In this document: piece after piece, positions 1 through 9,839 of the stretch | Layout: every line of letters begins with the position of its first letter | How positions within the stretch are numbered: position 1 is the first letter of the stretch | Assembly (NCBI GenBank): GCA_963790705.1 | Contig: CAWBQE010000021.1 | Coordinates: 12,806 to 76,805, forward strand | Length of the DNA: 64,000 nucleotides | Source of the DNA: an uncultured Acidobacteriaceae bacterium | GTDB lineage: Bacteria > Acidobacteriota > Terriglobia > Terriglobales > Acidobacteriaceae | Reading direction: 5' to 3' | Notes under the pieces: generated by a model | The model's database searches: none | What the model was told of the DNA's origin: nothing | The model's input: only the letters and a program-made list of their open reading frames with translations | Made by a program: the position numbers and the translations under genes

Positions 1-1510
1 TGACAGCCAGTGATTGCCGGTAGCTGTCTCGTTGTGAAGGATATGAGCGAGGCCGCCGTTGGTGCTCACGACTGCATCGACCCGGCCGTCGTTGTCAAGA
101 TCGCCGGTGGCCATACCACGCCCCACCCAACCTTCCTTGAACACTTCTCCGGAGATCGAAGAAACATCGACGAAGCTCTCGCCCGTATTCCGCGCCAAAA
201 GCATGGGCTGACGGTAATGGACGTTGCTGCGCAGTTTTTCAATGTTGTCCGTGTCATGACCCTGCGCGATAAGAAGATCCTTCCATCCGTCGTTGTCATA
301 ATCAAGGAATCGCATTCCCCAACCCGAGTAAGGTTGGGTCATGGCGCCGATGCCGGTCGAATCGCTCACATAGTCGAACGTTCCGTCGTGCCGGTTGCGA
401 TAGATCGCGTATCTCTGGCCCGACAAGTCAGTCACAGCGAGATCGGGCCATCCATCGTTGTCGTAGTCGGCGAAGTCGACGCCCATACCGGCGAACGGAT
501 CACCCCCGGTGTCTACAGCCGCCCCGGATGGAATGCCTACTTCCTCAAACGTTCCATCTGGTTTCTGGTGGAACAGAAATTCCGGGGAACTGTCATTGGC
601 GACAAAGAGATCGATGCGCCCATCGCGATCGTAATCGCCGATGGCAATGCCCAACGCTTTCGCAGGCTTGTCGAGGCCCAGCTTGTGCGAGACCTCGGTG
701 AAGTGCCCTTGGCCATCATTGTGGTAAACCAGCATGGGTATAGGTGGAAAATGATCCGGGTGGCAGTAGCCTCGATACCCCTCACGATGCTCGCCGCACC
801 ATATGTCTTCCCAGTCCCACTGGATGTAGCGCTCCACGACAAGATCGAGTAGTCCGTCATTGTCCAGGTCTACCCAGGTGGCGGAGGTGTACCAGGTGTT
901 GCCGGCAGCCTGCGGCTGCGCCAGCCCCGCCTCTTCGGTCACGTCGCGAAAAGTACAGTTGCCGGTTCCGCGGTAAAGCCGATTGCCGCCATACGCAGTT
1001 ACGAATACATCCTCAAAGCCGTCGTTGTCGTAATCAGCGATGGCCACGCCCATCCCCAGCCCCACCCCTTTCAACCCGGATTTTTCCGTGACGTCTTCGA
1101 AGGTGCCATCGGGTTTCTGGTGAAACATCCGGTTCCAGTCACCGGGACCGCTTTTCTGTGGGATCGAACCTCGGGGTTCGGGGTCTCGATAGGAAGCGCC
1201 ATTCAGAAGGTAAAGATCGAGCCGTCCATCATTGTCGCAGTCGAAAAGGGCTACACCAGAGCCCATGGTTTCAATTTGATATTTGCGTCGCCGTGTGATT
1301 CGCGTTGTGCAGGAAATGAACGCCGGCTTTCTCGCTGATATCGACGAACTTTCCCGGAACAACCCGCGACGAAGCAATGCAGCCCGATTGGGAGGAGCTT
1401 GTTGCCGCCACGGCAGCAAAACATAAGGAAAGAGTCACCACACCAACCGCTGTGTACAGGCGTTTTTCGATCGCCCAATGGACGCTCAACCAGCGGCTGT
1501 TCTTTCCCAA
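1..1510 (-). pseudogene. CRTAC1 / ASPIC-UnbV family FG-GAP (VCBS) repeat protein. The 3' end runs off the window. The signal-peptide part (ORF 1271..1510) is out of frame with the body.
   Basis: I translated the minus strand in a frame absent from the ORF track, because that frame has no stop inside the window. It gives KYQIETMGSGVALFDCDNDGRLDLYLLNG...GVAIADYDNDGFEDVFVTAYGGNRLYRGTGNCTFRDVTEEAGL...AIGDYDRDGRIDLFVAND...VDFADYDNDGWPDLAVTD...RFLDYDNDGWKDLLIAQG...MATGDLDNDGRVDAVVSTNGG. These are repeated DxDxDG FG-GAP motifs. ORF 1271..1510 supplies a signal peptide plus FVDISEKAGVHFLHNA and then stops. The frames differ by one base between about 1285 and 1303. Confidence 0.7.
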
Positions 1511-1604
1511 TAGAGACCTCGTTCCCAGTTCGTCTTAATCCTCCTTACGATAGAATACGCGGCCGACCCATAAAGGCTTCGGCCGTGCGGTCCGTTTGCG
1601 TTTC

Positions 1605-4600
1605 TTAGAAAACAATCTTGCCGCTAACTTGCAGTTCTCGATTGGTGTTTGCCTGGGCACCGTCGACCGATCCGAAGGTGTTCGGGCTATTGATATCGGT
1701 GCTGTTGTACTCATTTAGACCGAAGACCGTATGGTTGAAAAGGTTGAAAGCTTCAGCGCGAAATTCGAACTTAGTCTCGCGCCAGAGGGGGAACGATCGA
1801 ATCACCGATGTATCGAAATTGATCAATCGCTGACCTCGGATAAGACCACGGTACGAATTCCCGAAGGTGTACTGTGCGGGAATCGCGAATGCTGCGGTAT
1901 TGAACCACTCGTTTTTCGACCTGGTGAACCCGGAAAAGGGGTTACCTACCATATTCGCGCGTTCGTAGACGTTGGGATTACCGATATTGGCAACGTCCGC
2001 GCTGTCGACCACGGTCTGGTTCTGCCCGCTGCGGGCGTTGAAGATATTGTTGAGCTGCCAGTTGCCCAGGATGTAGTCGCCGAAGCGGTTGCCGGTGGAA
2101 AATCTCCTGCCCTGGCCGACCGGGACATCATAAATAGTGTTGATAGCGAGCGCCTGAGGCACGTTAGTTCCAGCGTAACCTCTGGACGCGCCGGGGTGGT
2201 ACGCATCCTGCACGGTGAGACCTTCCGAGTTGAACCAACCGTCGTCTGCCGTGTAGCTTTCGGCCCAGGTGTAGGCTACCTGGAACGAGAGGCCACTGGT
2301 ATATCGCTTATCCAATGACACCTGAAGGGCGTTGTAGGTGGAACTTCCGACGCCGTGGTCGTAAAGCGTGTGAGTGGCATAGGGATAAGGCGCCCTGGTT
2401 TGCGGGTCCCCGGGACCCGGGGTGAGCGCGGTGTTGTAATAGCCGCCGATGTTGGTGCGGTGCGAGCCAGAGCCGACATAGTCCACTTTCAAAGACAATG
2501 AATTGCTGAGCTGCCGCTGCACGCCGAAGTTCCACTGCTCAGAATAGGCATTCTTATAGTTGGGGTCGAAGAACCAATCGTTGTCGTTATATGGGGTGGC
2601 AGGCGGGAACAGCCCGCCCCCCGGGGTGCCGCCAAAGGGGTTCTGGGAGGTAACGGTCGGCGTCGGCGACGCGGTGGAGGGTACGTTGACTTGCGGGAGG
2701 TCCGGATTACCGATATCAGGCCACGAACCCTCGGCGTTCTGCACCATCTGGGTAACCGCCGCCCAGTTGTCGTAGACGATGCCGAAGGCGCCGTGAACCG
2801 CTGTTTTGTCGTCAACCTTATATGCAAAGCCGACACGCGGCCCGTAGTTGGTATGCACGTTGTGGCTTATCCTGCCGTTGGGACTCACCACAACATGGGG
2901 GGGCAGAGTTCCATTTCCCGGAATGCAGGGAGCGAAGCCGCGGACTGAGCACGGAGGCGGCAACAACTGCACGATGTAGGTGCCGTTGTCCCAATCCCAA
3001 TCGCCGGTTTCAGGCCCGCCATTCTTGCCGATGGTCTTACTGGCCCCGTACCCCGGTATGAACGTGTAGTCGTAGCGCAAACCATAATTCAAGGTCAGTC
3101 TGGGGGTTGCCTTCCAGGAATCCTGCAGGTAGGCGCTTAAGACACCGCCAGGCCTTTCCAGTTCGTCGACGTTGCGGCGTTGTGCGGACTGGGGAACGTT
3201 AAGGAGGAAGGATGCCAAGCCGTTGCCTGTCGCCTGACTGGGAAATTGGGGCGCAGACGTTTGCGGATCGTTAAAGCCGAGTTGGGTGTAGTTGATGGTA
3301 CTGGCAAAACCGGTAGAGACCCACCCCAGCCCGAACTTCACAGTGTGGTTACCGATAATTTGCGTAATGCTGCCTTGGTAGGCGGTGTTGTCCGTAGCGA
3401 AGGGTGTGAGGTTGATTTCCTCGCCGTTTGCGCTGATCCCCTGAATGCCCAACTCTGGAACGAAGTCGCGCCCCGAGGAGAAATTGCCGACGAAAGAGGC
3501 GTCCCAGCCAACGGCACTGATGAGATCGGCCGTGGGAGCTCTAAATTCGTTGACGCCGTTGTCGAGCACTTCGGTGTGCGAGCCTTGGAACTGCGCGATG
3601 CGCGTGGGGCCGAAGACATGGACCCAGCTGCCGCCAAAATTGCGCGAATTGATGATCAGGCTGCTAGGTAACGACGGAAGACCGGCGGACTGAGTGAGCG
3701 TCGAGTCGCTGAAGCTATAGCGGAACCATGCAGAATCTTTGGACCCGAAGGTCTGGTCGAGGCGGACACTGAATTCGTTGAACTTTTGCACCTGGGGAGT
3801 GGTGTCGATCGCGTTCGCCGAGAACGAGCCGTTGCCCGTAGGATTGAAGAAGGGGCCGGCCGTAGGGTAAATAAATTTTGCCCAGGTGACCATTCGCTGA
3901 TCGATACGATCCGCGGGAATCTGATTGTTTGGAAACGCAGTACGAGTGTAACCCGTAGGGGTCGCTACGGTACTGAAAGGATCGTAAATCGGGTTTTGCC
4001 CGTTGTCCGCCTCATCGCCGGCCAGTTCCGCGGCGGTGGGCACCAGGAGGTCGTTATCCGACGCCCTGGAATAGCGCCACCCTTGATAAGCCCCAAAGAA
4101 AAAGGTTTTGTTTCTGCCGTTGTACAGCTTGGGGATGACGACTGGACCGCCGACGGCTCCACCGAATTGGTTCTGATGGAAGAAGGGCTTGGACTGGCTT
4201 GTCGGAAGAAAATAGTTGCGCGCATCGAAGGCCGTGTTGCGCAGGTAATCCCACGCGGCGCCATGCAACTCATTGGTGCCGCTCTTGGTGACCACGTTCA
4301 CGACGCCGCCCAGCACGGAGCCAAATTCCGCGTCGTCCGTGTGAGATACCACCTTGAATTCCTGAATGGCATCAATGATCGGCGCAACCGCATACGTGCT
4401 GTTGATGGCAGCATAGTTGGGGAGGCCATCAGTGAGAAAGTAATCGCTGCGATTGCTCTGCCCGTTGATGGCAGGAAAGGTATAGTCCGAACCGATCGCA
4501 ATGGCGGAGCCGAAGCCGCCGCCAGCGATATTGGTGCCATTTTGGGCGGTCGATATAGCAACGACACCCGGAGTGAGCGCCAGCAGGGCGGTGAAATTTC

Positions 4601-5042
4601 GACCGTTCAGAGGGAGGTCGTTGACCTGCTTGGTCGCAATCACGGTGCCCAAGTTGGCGTTCGTCACGTCCAGCTGGGCGGCCGCCGCCTGAACGTTAAC
4701 CACCTGTGTTTCCGTTCCCACGGTGAGAGCAAAGTCGAATGTGGCGGCCTGGCCCACCGCCAGCAGGAACGGCGCTAACTTTTGCGAGCTGAATCCCTTA
4801 GCAGTGGACTCCAGAGTATAGTTCCCAGGCGCTATGCTGACAAAGCCATACGCACCCGCTTCGTTGGTGGTCGATGTACGCTCGACCGAGGTATCGACAT
4901 TCGTTAACACGATGGAGGCACCGGGGATTACGGCCCCGGCGGGGTCTCGGATCACACCGTTGATCGACGCGGTTGATACTTGAGCGACCGCGGAACCCGC
5001 AAGAAGCAGAAGTAGAAAACTGAGGATGCCCACCATTTGCAT
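1605..5042 (-). CDS. TonB-dependent outer-membrane receptor with an N-terminal carboxypeptidase-regulatory-like domain
   Basis: This is the 1187-aa ORF 1605..5168. The likely start is the internal MQMVGILSFLLLLLAGSAVAQ signal peptide at 5042. It is followed by INGVIRDPAGAVIPGASIVLTNVDT..YTLESTAKGF (CarboxypepD_reg fold), plug-like LNGRNFTALLALTPGV, and the C-terminal ...LQVSGKIVF with a terminal aromatic residue typical of OM beta-barrels. Confidence 0.85.
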   Translation of the reverse strand: MQMVGILSFLLLLLAGSAVAQVSTASINGVIRDPAGAVIPGASIVLTNVDTSVERTSTTNEAGAYGFVSIAPGNYTLESTAKGFSSQKLAPFLLAVGQAATFDFALTVGTETQVVNVQAAAAQLDVTNANLGTVIATKQVNDLPLNGRNFTALLALTPGVVAISTAQNGTNIAGGGFGSAIAIGSDYTFPAINGQSNRSDYFLTDGLPNYAAINSTYAVAPIIDAIQEFKVVSHTDDAEFGSVLGGVVNVVTKSGTNELHGAAWDYLRNTAFDARNYFLPTSQSKPFFHQNQFGGAVGGPVVIPKLYNGRNKTFFFGAYQGWRYSRASDNDLLVPTAAELAGDEADNGQNPIYDPFSTVATPTGYTRTAFPNNQIPADRIDQRMVTWAKFIYPTAGPFFNPTGNGSFSANAIDTTPQVQKFNEFSVRLDQTFGSKDSAWFRYSFSDSTLTQSAGLPSLPSSLIINSRNFGGSWVHVFGPTRIAQFQGSHTEVLDNGVNEFRAPTADLISAVGWDASFVGNFSSGRDFVPELGIQGISANGEEINLTPFATDNTAYQGSITQIIGNHTVKFGLGWVSTGFASTINYTQLGFNDPQTSAPQFPSQATGNGLASFLLNVPQSAQRRNVDELERPGGVLSAYLQDSWKATPRLTLNYGLRYDYTFIPGYGASKTIGKNGGPETGDWDWDNGTYIVQLLPPPCSVRGFAPCIPGNGTLPPHVVVSPNGRISHNVHTNYGPRVGFAYKVDDKTAVHGAFGIVYDNWAAVTQMVQNAEGSWPDIGNPDLPQVNVPSTASPTPTVTSQNPFGGTPGGGLFPPATPYNDNDWFFDPNYKNAYSEQWNFGVQRQLSNSLSLKVDYVGSGSHRTNIGGYYNTALTPGPGDPQTRAPYPYATHTLYDHGVGSSTYNALQVSLDKRYTSGLSFQVAYTWAESYTADDGWFNSEGLTVQDAYHPGASRGYAGTNVPQALAINTIYDVPVGQGRRFSTGNRFGDYILGNWQLNNIFNARSGQNQTVVDSADVANIGNPNVYERANMVGNPFSGFTRSKNEWFNTAAFAIPAQYTFGNSYRGLIRGQRLINFDTSVIRSFPLWRETKFEFRAEAFNLFNHTVFGLNEYNSTDINSPNTFGSVDGAQANTNRELQVSGKIVF

Positions 5043-5233
5043 ACCGGGGAGCAACCTGCTGCTTTGTTTGACGAAACTCTGCGCGCAACGTTCCATATAC
5101 CACCTCTCCAAAAGTGACATTCCTCTTAAAGCGACGTGCCGTGACCTTTTTCGAATCTGGCCCAGCAACCCCGTAAATCTGTAACGTTCCTTGTGGTTCT
5201 TCGTGGTTCTTCAAATCCTGGATGAGAGCTTAC

Positions 5234-6256
5234 TTACGGATAAGCCTTTCCAGGGTATGGACGTGGAGTGATGTCGGCATCCACTAACCCCAAAGCCCAA
5301 CGAATCCCGCCGGTGTAAATCTCTTGTAGGTGGGGATCGTCAAGACTGGTGTCGATATGCCCGAAGGTCGAGTACCACACGCGGCCTTTGCCGTATTTTT
5401 TCGCCCAGACGATCGGGTAGTCGCCATCGGTACGAACTCCGATCAATTTGGCGACCCGGGCACGATATGCCTCGTCAGACATTTTGCTTCCCTCTTTTTC
5501 CGCGTTCAGCGAAGCCAGCTTCTCAGCGAACTTGCTTGAATCCAGGCGGAGGATCACGCGATCGATATCCCGCGAAAAGTTCGGCCCCAGGATGGTGTAT
5601 TGATCGCGGAAGGAAAATTCGCGAGGAACATTCTTCAGCCCTGGAAAGGCCGGATCCTCGACCACGATAGGCAGCGTAATCGATGGGAACTCGGCGACCA
5701 GATCGCCGCCGACCATTTCCGCATACTCCCGCCACACGATGCAGCCCCCGCCGTTCGACGCGTGACCGCCGATAAAACCTTTGCCGTCGTCGTGCACAAA
5801 CGAGAGCAGATCGTCCTTTTGCTCGTCGGTGATCTCCCAGGAGCCGCCGCCCATAAAGAAGACGGCGTCAAAGTCATCAAGGGTCCGGGCATTGCGACCG
5901 TAATTGATATCTTTGGTGAGCAGCTTGAAATCGGTTCGGATCACCGTGATCCAGTCGCCGGACTCACGGCCAAGCCGTTCGATCGTAGCCAGGGTATGGC
6001 TACTCGCATCGTGATGATAGGAGTTACGCTGGCGGTTATACCACACGTCAGCGTCAGCAATGGCAAGGAGCTTTTTCTTGCCCGGCCAGGTATCTTCGAC
6101 AAATCGCGGGCGCGCAGGGTCCGGTGTAGGTGGGTGCGTACGTTCTGGCGGAGGCGGAGTCGTTGCGTTTGTCGCCTGCACGCCCGTCAGGGCGTCCGCG
6201 GCCCGCGGAGTGAACGACGTGACGGCTAATCCTTTGAGAAGTTCACGCCGGTCCAT
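5234..6256 (-). CDS. ThuA (trehalose-utilisation) domain protein, exported (Tat-like RRELLK signal)
   Basis: N-terminus MDRRELLKGLAV. The ThuA-like body reads FDAVFFMGGG..GFIGGHASNGGG..WREYAEMVGG..VWYSTFGHIDTSLDDPHLQEIYTGGIRWALG. GAAGGAG lies upstream of the ATG. Confidence 0.8.
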   Translation of the reverse strand: MDRRELLKGLAVTSFTPRAADALTGVQATNATTPPPPERTHPPTPDPARPRFVEDTWPGKKKLLAIADADVWYNRQRNSYHHDASSHTLATIERLGRESGDWITVIRTDFKLLTKDINYGRNARTLDDFDAVFFMGGGSWEITDEQKDDLLSFVHDDGKGFIGGHASNGGGCIVWREYAEMVGGDLVAEFPSITLPIVVEDPAFPGLKNVPREFSFRDQYTILGPNFSRDIDRVILRLDSSKFAEKLASLNAEKEGSKMSDEAYRARVAKLIGVRTDGDYPIVWAKKYGKGRVWYSTFGHIDTSLDDPHLQEIYTGGIRWALGLVDADITPRPYPGKAYP

Positions 6257-6388
6257 GGTTCAAATACTCCTTCTGCTCGGAATAAGATCTTCGTCACTAT
6301 TCCCAGCTCTTCTGTGCAAGCTTGATTCCCGGCCCTAACCTTTTTTCCATCGCGCAAAATCACACTACAAATCACAATACGGCGCCGG

Positions 6389-7201
6389 TTACATTAATGT
6401 TCCCGCCGCCCACGCCGTGCCCCTGCGAATCAGCTCCCCCACCTGTGGTACCTGCAGAGCCTTCACATCGTGCCCCAAAGGAGTGTTGAAAACCCGGCCC
6501 TTCTTGTAGTGAACCGTCAAAGCCATCGGGAAGTCAGCGTCTTTTACGTTCGAGTGGGCAGTGGCCAGGATTTGAACCGGGATGGAGCCGTCTTTGTTGT
6601 CGTAGTACAGTTCATCGTCGGTCTGAAAGTCGGCCATTCCCTTGGTGATGGGACTGTCGTGGTCGACGATTTTGACGGTGAAGGGCCCACGCTTGTCGTG
6701 GTGGAGCTGCTGCGAACGGCCCACGATGTTGTTATATTCCGGCCAATACGGAAAGGCGTCGTTAGCCCAATGAGTCGTGACCAGACCCTTGCCTTTGCCC
6801 AGGAACTTTAGAAGGTTAGCTTTGTCTTTTTCATCCTGTGCCAGCGGTTCAGCGTTTCTGAAATCAAAAATCAGCACATCGTATTTAAAAATCTCAGGGG
6901 TTGCGAGAAAATTGGGATCGGCTTCGATCGTGACTTCGAAATCAAAGTCCGGTTTACCGGCCTCCAGAATCGTTTTCAATTCTGCGGATGTATCTTTCCA
7001 CAGATGACCGGGATGAGTATCTTCACCGGTGACAATCGCGACGCGCGTGGTTCGCTTGGTGTGCTGCGCATGGCCGGAATGGCCGAAGGCAAGCGCAACG
7101 ACCGCGCCGGCGATGAGAAGCATTCTCACAGCTGCGTTCACGCCGGCTCCAGCTTTCTGCGTTGCTCGGCTTGGTGATGCTTGCTGGCTACCAAATGTCA
7201 C
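6389..7201 (-). CDS. ThuA domain protein, exported (second paralog)
   Basis: Signal-like MLLIAGAVVALAFGHSGHAQ, then YDVLIFDFRN..GKGLVTTHWAND..VFNTPLGHDVKALQVPQVGELIRRGTAWAAG. The GTG start at 7201 has AAGGTGA upstream. An internal ATG at 7123 is an alternative start. Confidence 0.8.
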   Translation of the reverse strand: MTFGSQQASPSRATQKAGAGVNAAVRMLLIAGAVVALAFGHSGHAQHTKRTTRVAIVTGEDTHPGHLWKDTSAELKTILEAGKPDFDFEVTIEADPNFLATPEIFKYDVLIFDFRNAEPLAQDEKDKANLLKFLGKGKGLVTTHWANDAFPYWPEYNNIVGRSQQLHHDKRGPFTVKIVDHDSPITKGMADFQTDDELYYDNKDGSIPVQILATAHSNVKDADFPMALTVHYKKGRVFNTPLGHDVKALQVPQVGELIRRGTAWAAGTLM

Positions 7202-7228
7202 AGTCTCTTCACCTTCAAACGTCAGGTC

Positions 7229-8917
7229 TTAGTTCAGAACAAACGCATACACCATGTCACCCGCGCCCACGAGGATGTACTGGTGCCCGTCGAGCATGTA
7301 GGTCTCTGCTGCGCTGGTGGGATGGATTTTTGCGTACCACAGTGGTTTGCCGTTCAGGGGATCACGCGCGACCAGGTCCCCATTCGGATCAGTGGCGAAG
7401 AGCAACTTGCCCGCCGTCGTCAGCAGACCAGGAAAGTCGCCTCGAACATCAATACCGCCAACGCCGGCATAGCGGTGACTCCAGACGATCTTGCCCGTCT
7501 TGTAGTCGACGGCAACCAACCGGTTGCCACGTGAGCCCATATCGGCGCCGGGAACGCCGGTAAGGCCCATGGCTCCCTTTGGATCGAGTGTGCCGAGGTA
7601 ACGCATGCTATAAGTCTCAGCGACATGAGCATAGAAGAGCTTGGTCACCGGATCATAGCTTTGTGGGGTCCAGTTGGTGACGCCGAGGCCATTTGGAGAA
7701 ACAATCGCTCCGCCGATATCGTAGTCTTTCGCTGGATTGCGGACAGGTTCGCCGCGCTTGTCGATGCCCATATCCCAGTTCACAGTGTCGGTGATTTTGC
7801 TGGTGACGAGGTGTTCGCCGTTTACCCGATCGAGGGTGAAGAAAAAGCCATTGCGAGCCAGCGTAGCTACCAACTTACGGGGCTTGCCGTTGAACTCTCC
7901 GTCGAACAGCACAGGAGTCTGTGCCGAGTCGTAGTCATGCGTGTCGTGCGGAGAGGTCTGGAACCACCATGCCAGCTTTCCTGTGTCCACATTGACTGCG
8001 AGCAGAGAACAGGTGTAGAGATTGTCACCGGGACCGCGGGTTTGCGATGTGTAAGCGGGCGAGGGGTTGCCGGTTCCGAAGATATAGAGGTGGGTCTCTG
8101 GATCATAGGAACCCGGAGCCCAGACATTGCCCCCGCCGTGAGCCGCGGCATCGATGTTGGCCCAGGTTTCTGCGCCGGGGTCGCCCTTTTTCATGGGAAC
8201 GGTATAGAACCGCCACTGCAGATCACCGGTGTCAGGATCGTAAGACTCCAGCATGCCGGGCTCGTCCATGTCGTCCCCGGTGCCGACCAGAAGATGATTG
8301 CCGACCACAATGGGCGACATCGACGAGAAGTATTGCAGGTCAAAGCTGGCGATCTCTTTGCGCCACCGCTCGTTGCCCGTCTTGGCATCAAGACACAGAA
8401 GGTAGTTGTCGGGGGTTTCAAGATAGACCCAGTTGTGCCACATGCCCACGCCACGGTTGCCCGTGTGCGTACCACCCTTGGTTTTCCAGTAGTAGTGCCA
8501 GATCTCATGGCCATCCCGCGCATCCAGTGCCCACGCATTGTCGGGTGAGGCTACATAGAGGATGCCCCCTACCTGCAGGATGGAGCCCTTCACGGTTACC
8601 GGGTAGCGTGCATCCACACCCTGCTCTGTTCCGCCAACAATCACTGGAGGCGTGCCGGCCGGGCCCTCCGGTCCGACAACCACGTGGGTCGCCCAGGCGA
8701 GCGAAAGATTCTTCACATTGCTTTGGTTCAGTTGCGTAAGGGGGCTGTAGCGGCGGCCGGAGTAATCACCGGAATAAGTCAGCCACGCATCCTGAGGAGG
8801 ATTGAAGATCTGCTGGGGATCAAGACCCTTGGCTGGGTCGAACCACTGGGCCATCGCTAGCCTGGGCGCGACCAGCATGCCAAGAATAAAAATGAGATTC
8901 CTGATTCCTGTGATCAT
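7229..8917 (-). CDS. PQQ-dependent-dehydrogenase-like eight-bladed beta-propeller (quinoprotein), copy 1
   Basis: Signal MITGIRNLIFILGMLVAPRLAMAQ. Motifs are WLTYSGDYSGRRYSPL, GNRGVGMW, YDPETHLYIFGTGNPSP, WWFQTSPHDTHDYDSAQTPVLFD, LARNGFFFTLDR and a C-terminal YMLDGHQYILVGAGDMVYAFVLN. The start overlaps the upstream cytochrome c stop (ATGA at 8914-8917). Confidence 0.85.
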   Translation of the reverse strand: MITGIRNLIFILGMLVAPRLAMAQWFDPAKGLDPQQIFNPPQDAWLTYSGDYSGRRYSPLTQLNQSNVKNLSLAWATHVVVGPEGPAGTPPVIVGGTEQGVDARYPVTVKGSILQVGGILYVASPDNAWALDARDGHEIWHYYWKTKGGTHTGNRGVGMWHNWVYLETPDNYLLCLDAKTGNERWRKEIASFDLQYFSSMSPIVVGNHLLVGTGDDMDEPGMLESYDPDTGDLQWRFYTVPMKKGDPGAETWANIDAAAHGGGNVWAPGSYDPETHLYIFGTGNPSPAYTSQTRGPGDNLYTCSLLAVNVDTGKLAWWFQTSPHDTHDYDSAQTPVLFDGEFNGKPRKLVATLARNGFFFTLDRVNGEHLVTSKITDTVNWDMGIDKRGEPVRNPAKDYDIGGAIVSPNGLGVTNWTPQSYDPVTKLFYAHVAETYSMRYLGTLDPKGAMGLTGVPGADMGSRGNRLVAVDYKTGKIVWSHRYAGVGGIDVRGDFPGLLTTAGKLLFATDPNGDLVARDPLNGKPLWYAKIHPTSAAETYMLDGHQYILVGAGDMVYAFVLN

Positions 8918-9834
8918 TTCACGGTCACCAGATATGCGGTCACGTCGTGAACATCTTTGTCGGCGATCTTCTGCACCAGCTCGCGATGGGGCGCAAGCGG
9001 ATCATGAATTTCAACTTTGGGTATGTCGCCGTCACGTCGGAACCCTTGCGGGCCGTCCGTTTCATTCGTAAGACCCACGTAAAAGTCGCTGATGCTGACA
9101 AGATTGCCTTCGATCTTCTTGCCGTTGGGTAACGTCACGGTCACAGTGATAGGAGGAAGATGCAGTCCAAGAGCCTTCGCGGAGTATCTGCCAGAGCCGC
9201 CTCCCTCGCCCCCGGGTAGCAACCAGGTCTGTTGCAGGGTTTTGGGCTCTGTAATGCGCGAGCCTATCCCGGCCAGGTCCCCGGTGGCCGAATGGCAGGA
9301 GGCACAGGACTTTTGAAAATAGGCCGCGCCGGCCTCGGCGTTCCCGGTGAGAATGCTGATCTCAGCCGAGTTGTACATAACCGTCTTGCCAGTGGCATTA
9401 AAGTGGTGTAGCCATGCTGCTACCTCTTTTATTTGCTCGTCGGTGATGTCGACTCGAGGCATGCCCTGCTGGGCTCGCCCACCATGAACGATCGGCGCTA
9501 TCAGTTCGCCGTTTTGATCCTGAAGAACCACCGCCGACCGCAACAAATTCGGTCCCACCTCGCCGCCTCTGGCATCGGAGCCATGGCAGAAAGAACAACT
9601 CACACCGTAGGTCGTCTTACCCCCATCGATTACTTCCTGGGGATATTTCGGCCGGTCCGGAAAATCCAGCGTCTGTCCTTTGATCGCAATGGTTCCTGGA
9701 TCCTTGCGGCCGTTTTGATTCTGAGCCTTCACCTGAAACTGCACCAGGAACAGCGAGCCCAAAAGAGCTGCCAGGCCGATCGCTCCGGCTGGTTTTTTCC
9801 CACGCTTCAACTTAAAGCAGGCTCGGGGTCTCAT
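8914..9834 (-). CDS. Dihaem c-type cytochrome with a conserved non-haem C-terminal domain, copy 1
   Basis: Signal peptide, then two CxxCH motifs (CSFCH, CASCH). The C-terminal ITVTVTLPNGKKIEG...DKDVHDVTAYLVTVK is shared with the two other copies. Confidence 0.85.
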   Translation of the reverse strand: MRPRACFKLKRGKKPAGAIGLAALLGSLFLVQFQVKAQNQNGRKDPGTIAIKGQTLDFPDRPKYPQEVIDGGKTTYGVSCSFCHGSDARGGEVGPNLLRSAVVLQDQNGELIAPIVHGGRAQQGMPRVDITDEQIKEVAAWLHHFNATGKTVMYNSAEISILTGNAEAGAAYFQKSCASCHSATGDLAGIGSRITEPKTLQQTWLLPGGEGGGSGRYSAKALGLHLPPITVTVTLPNGKKIEGNLVSISDFYVGLTNETDGPQGFRRDGDIPKVEIHDPLAPHRELVQKIADKDVHDVTAYLVTVK

Positions 9835-9839
9835 CGGTT

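Noticed and set aside
10-852. 280-aa plus-strand ORF at the window start
   Set aside because: It is the antisense shadow of the FG-GAP/CRTAC1 gene. The minus-strand frame gives clear DxDxDG repeats, while the plus-strand product has no recognisable motifs.
1145-1175. tRNA-like T-arm strings (ggatcgaacc / gggttcgaac) at about 1150-1170 and 15040-15055
   Set aside because: Both lie inside well-supported coding frames and lack acceptor or anticodon arm pairing. No tRNA gene was found in the window.
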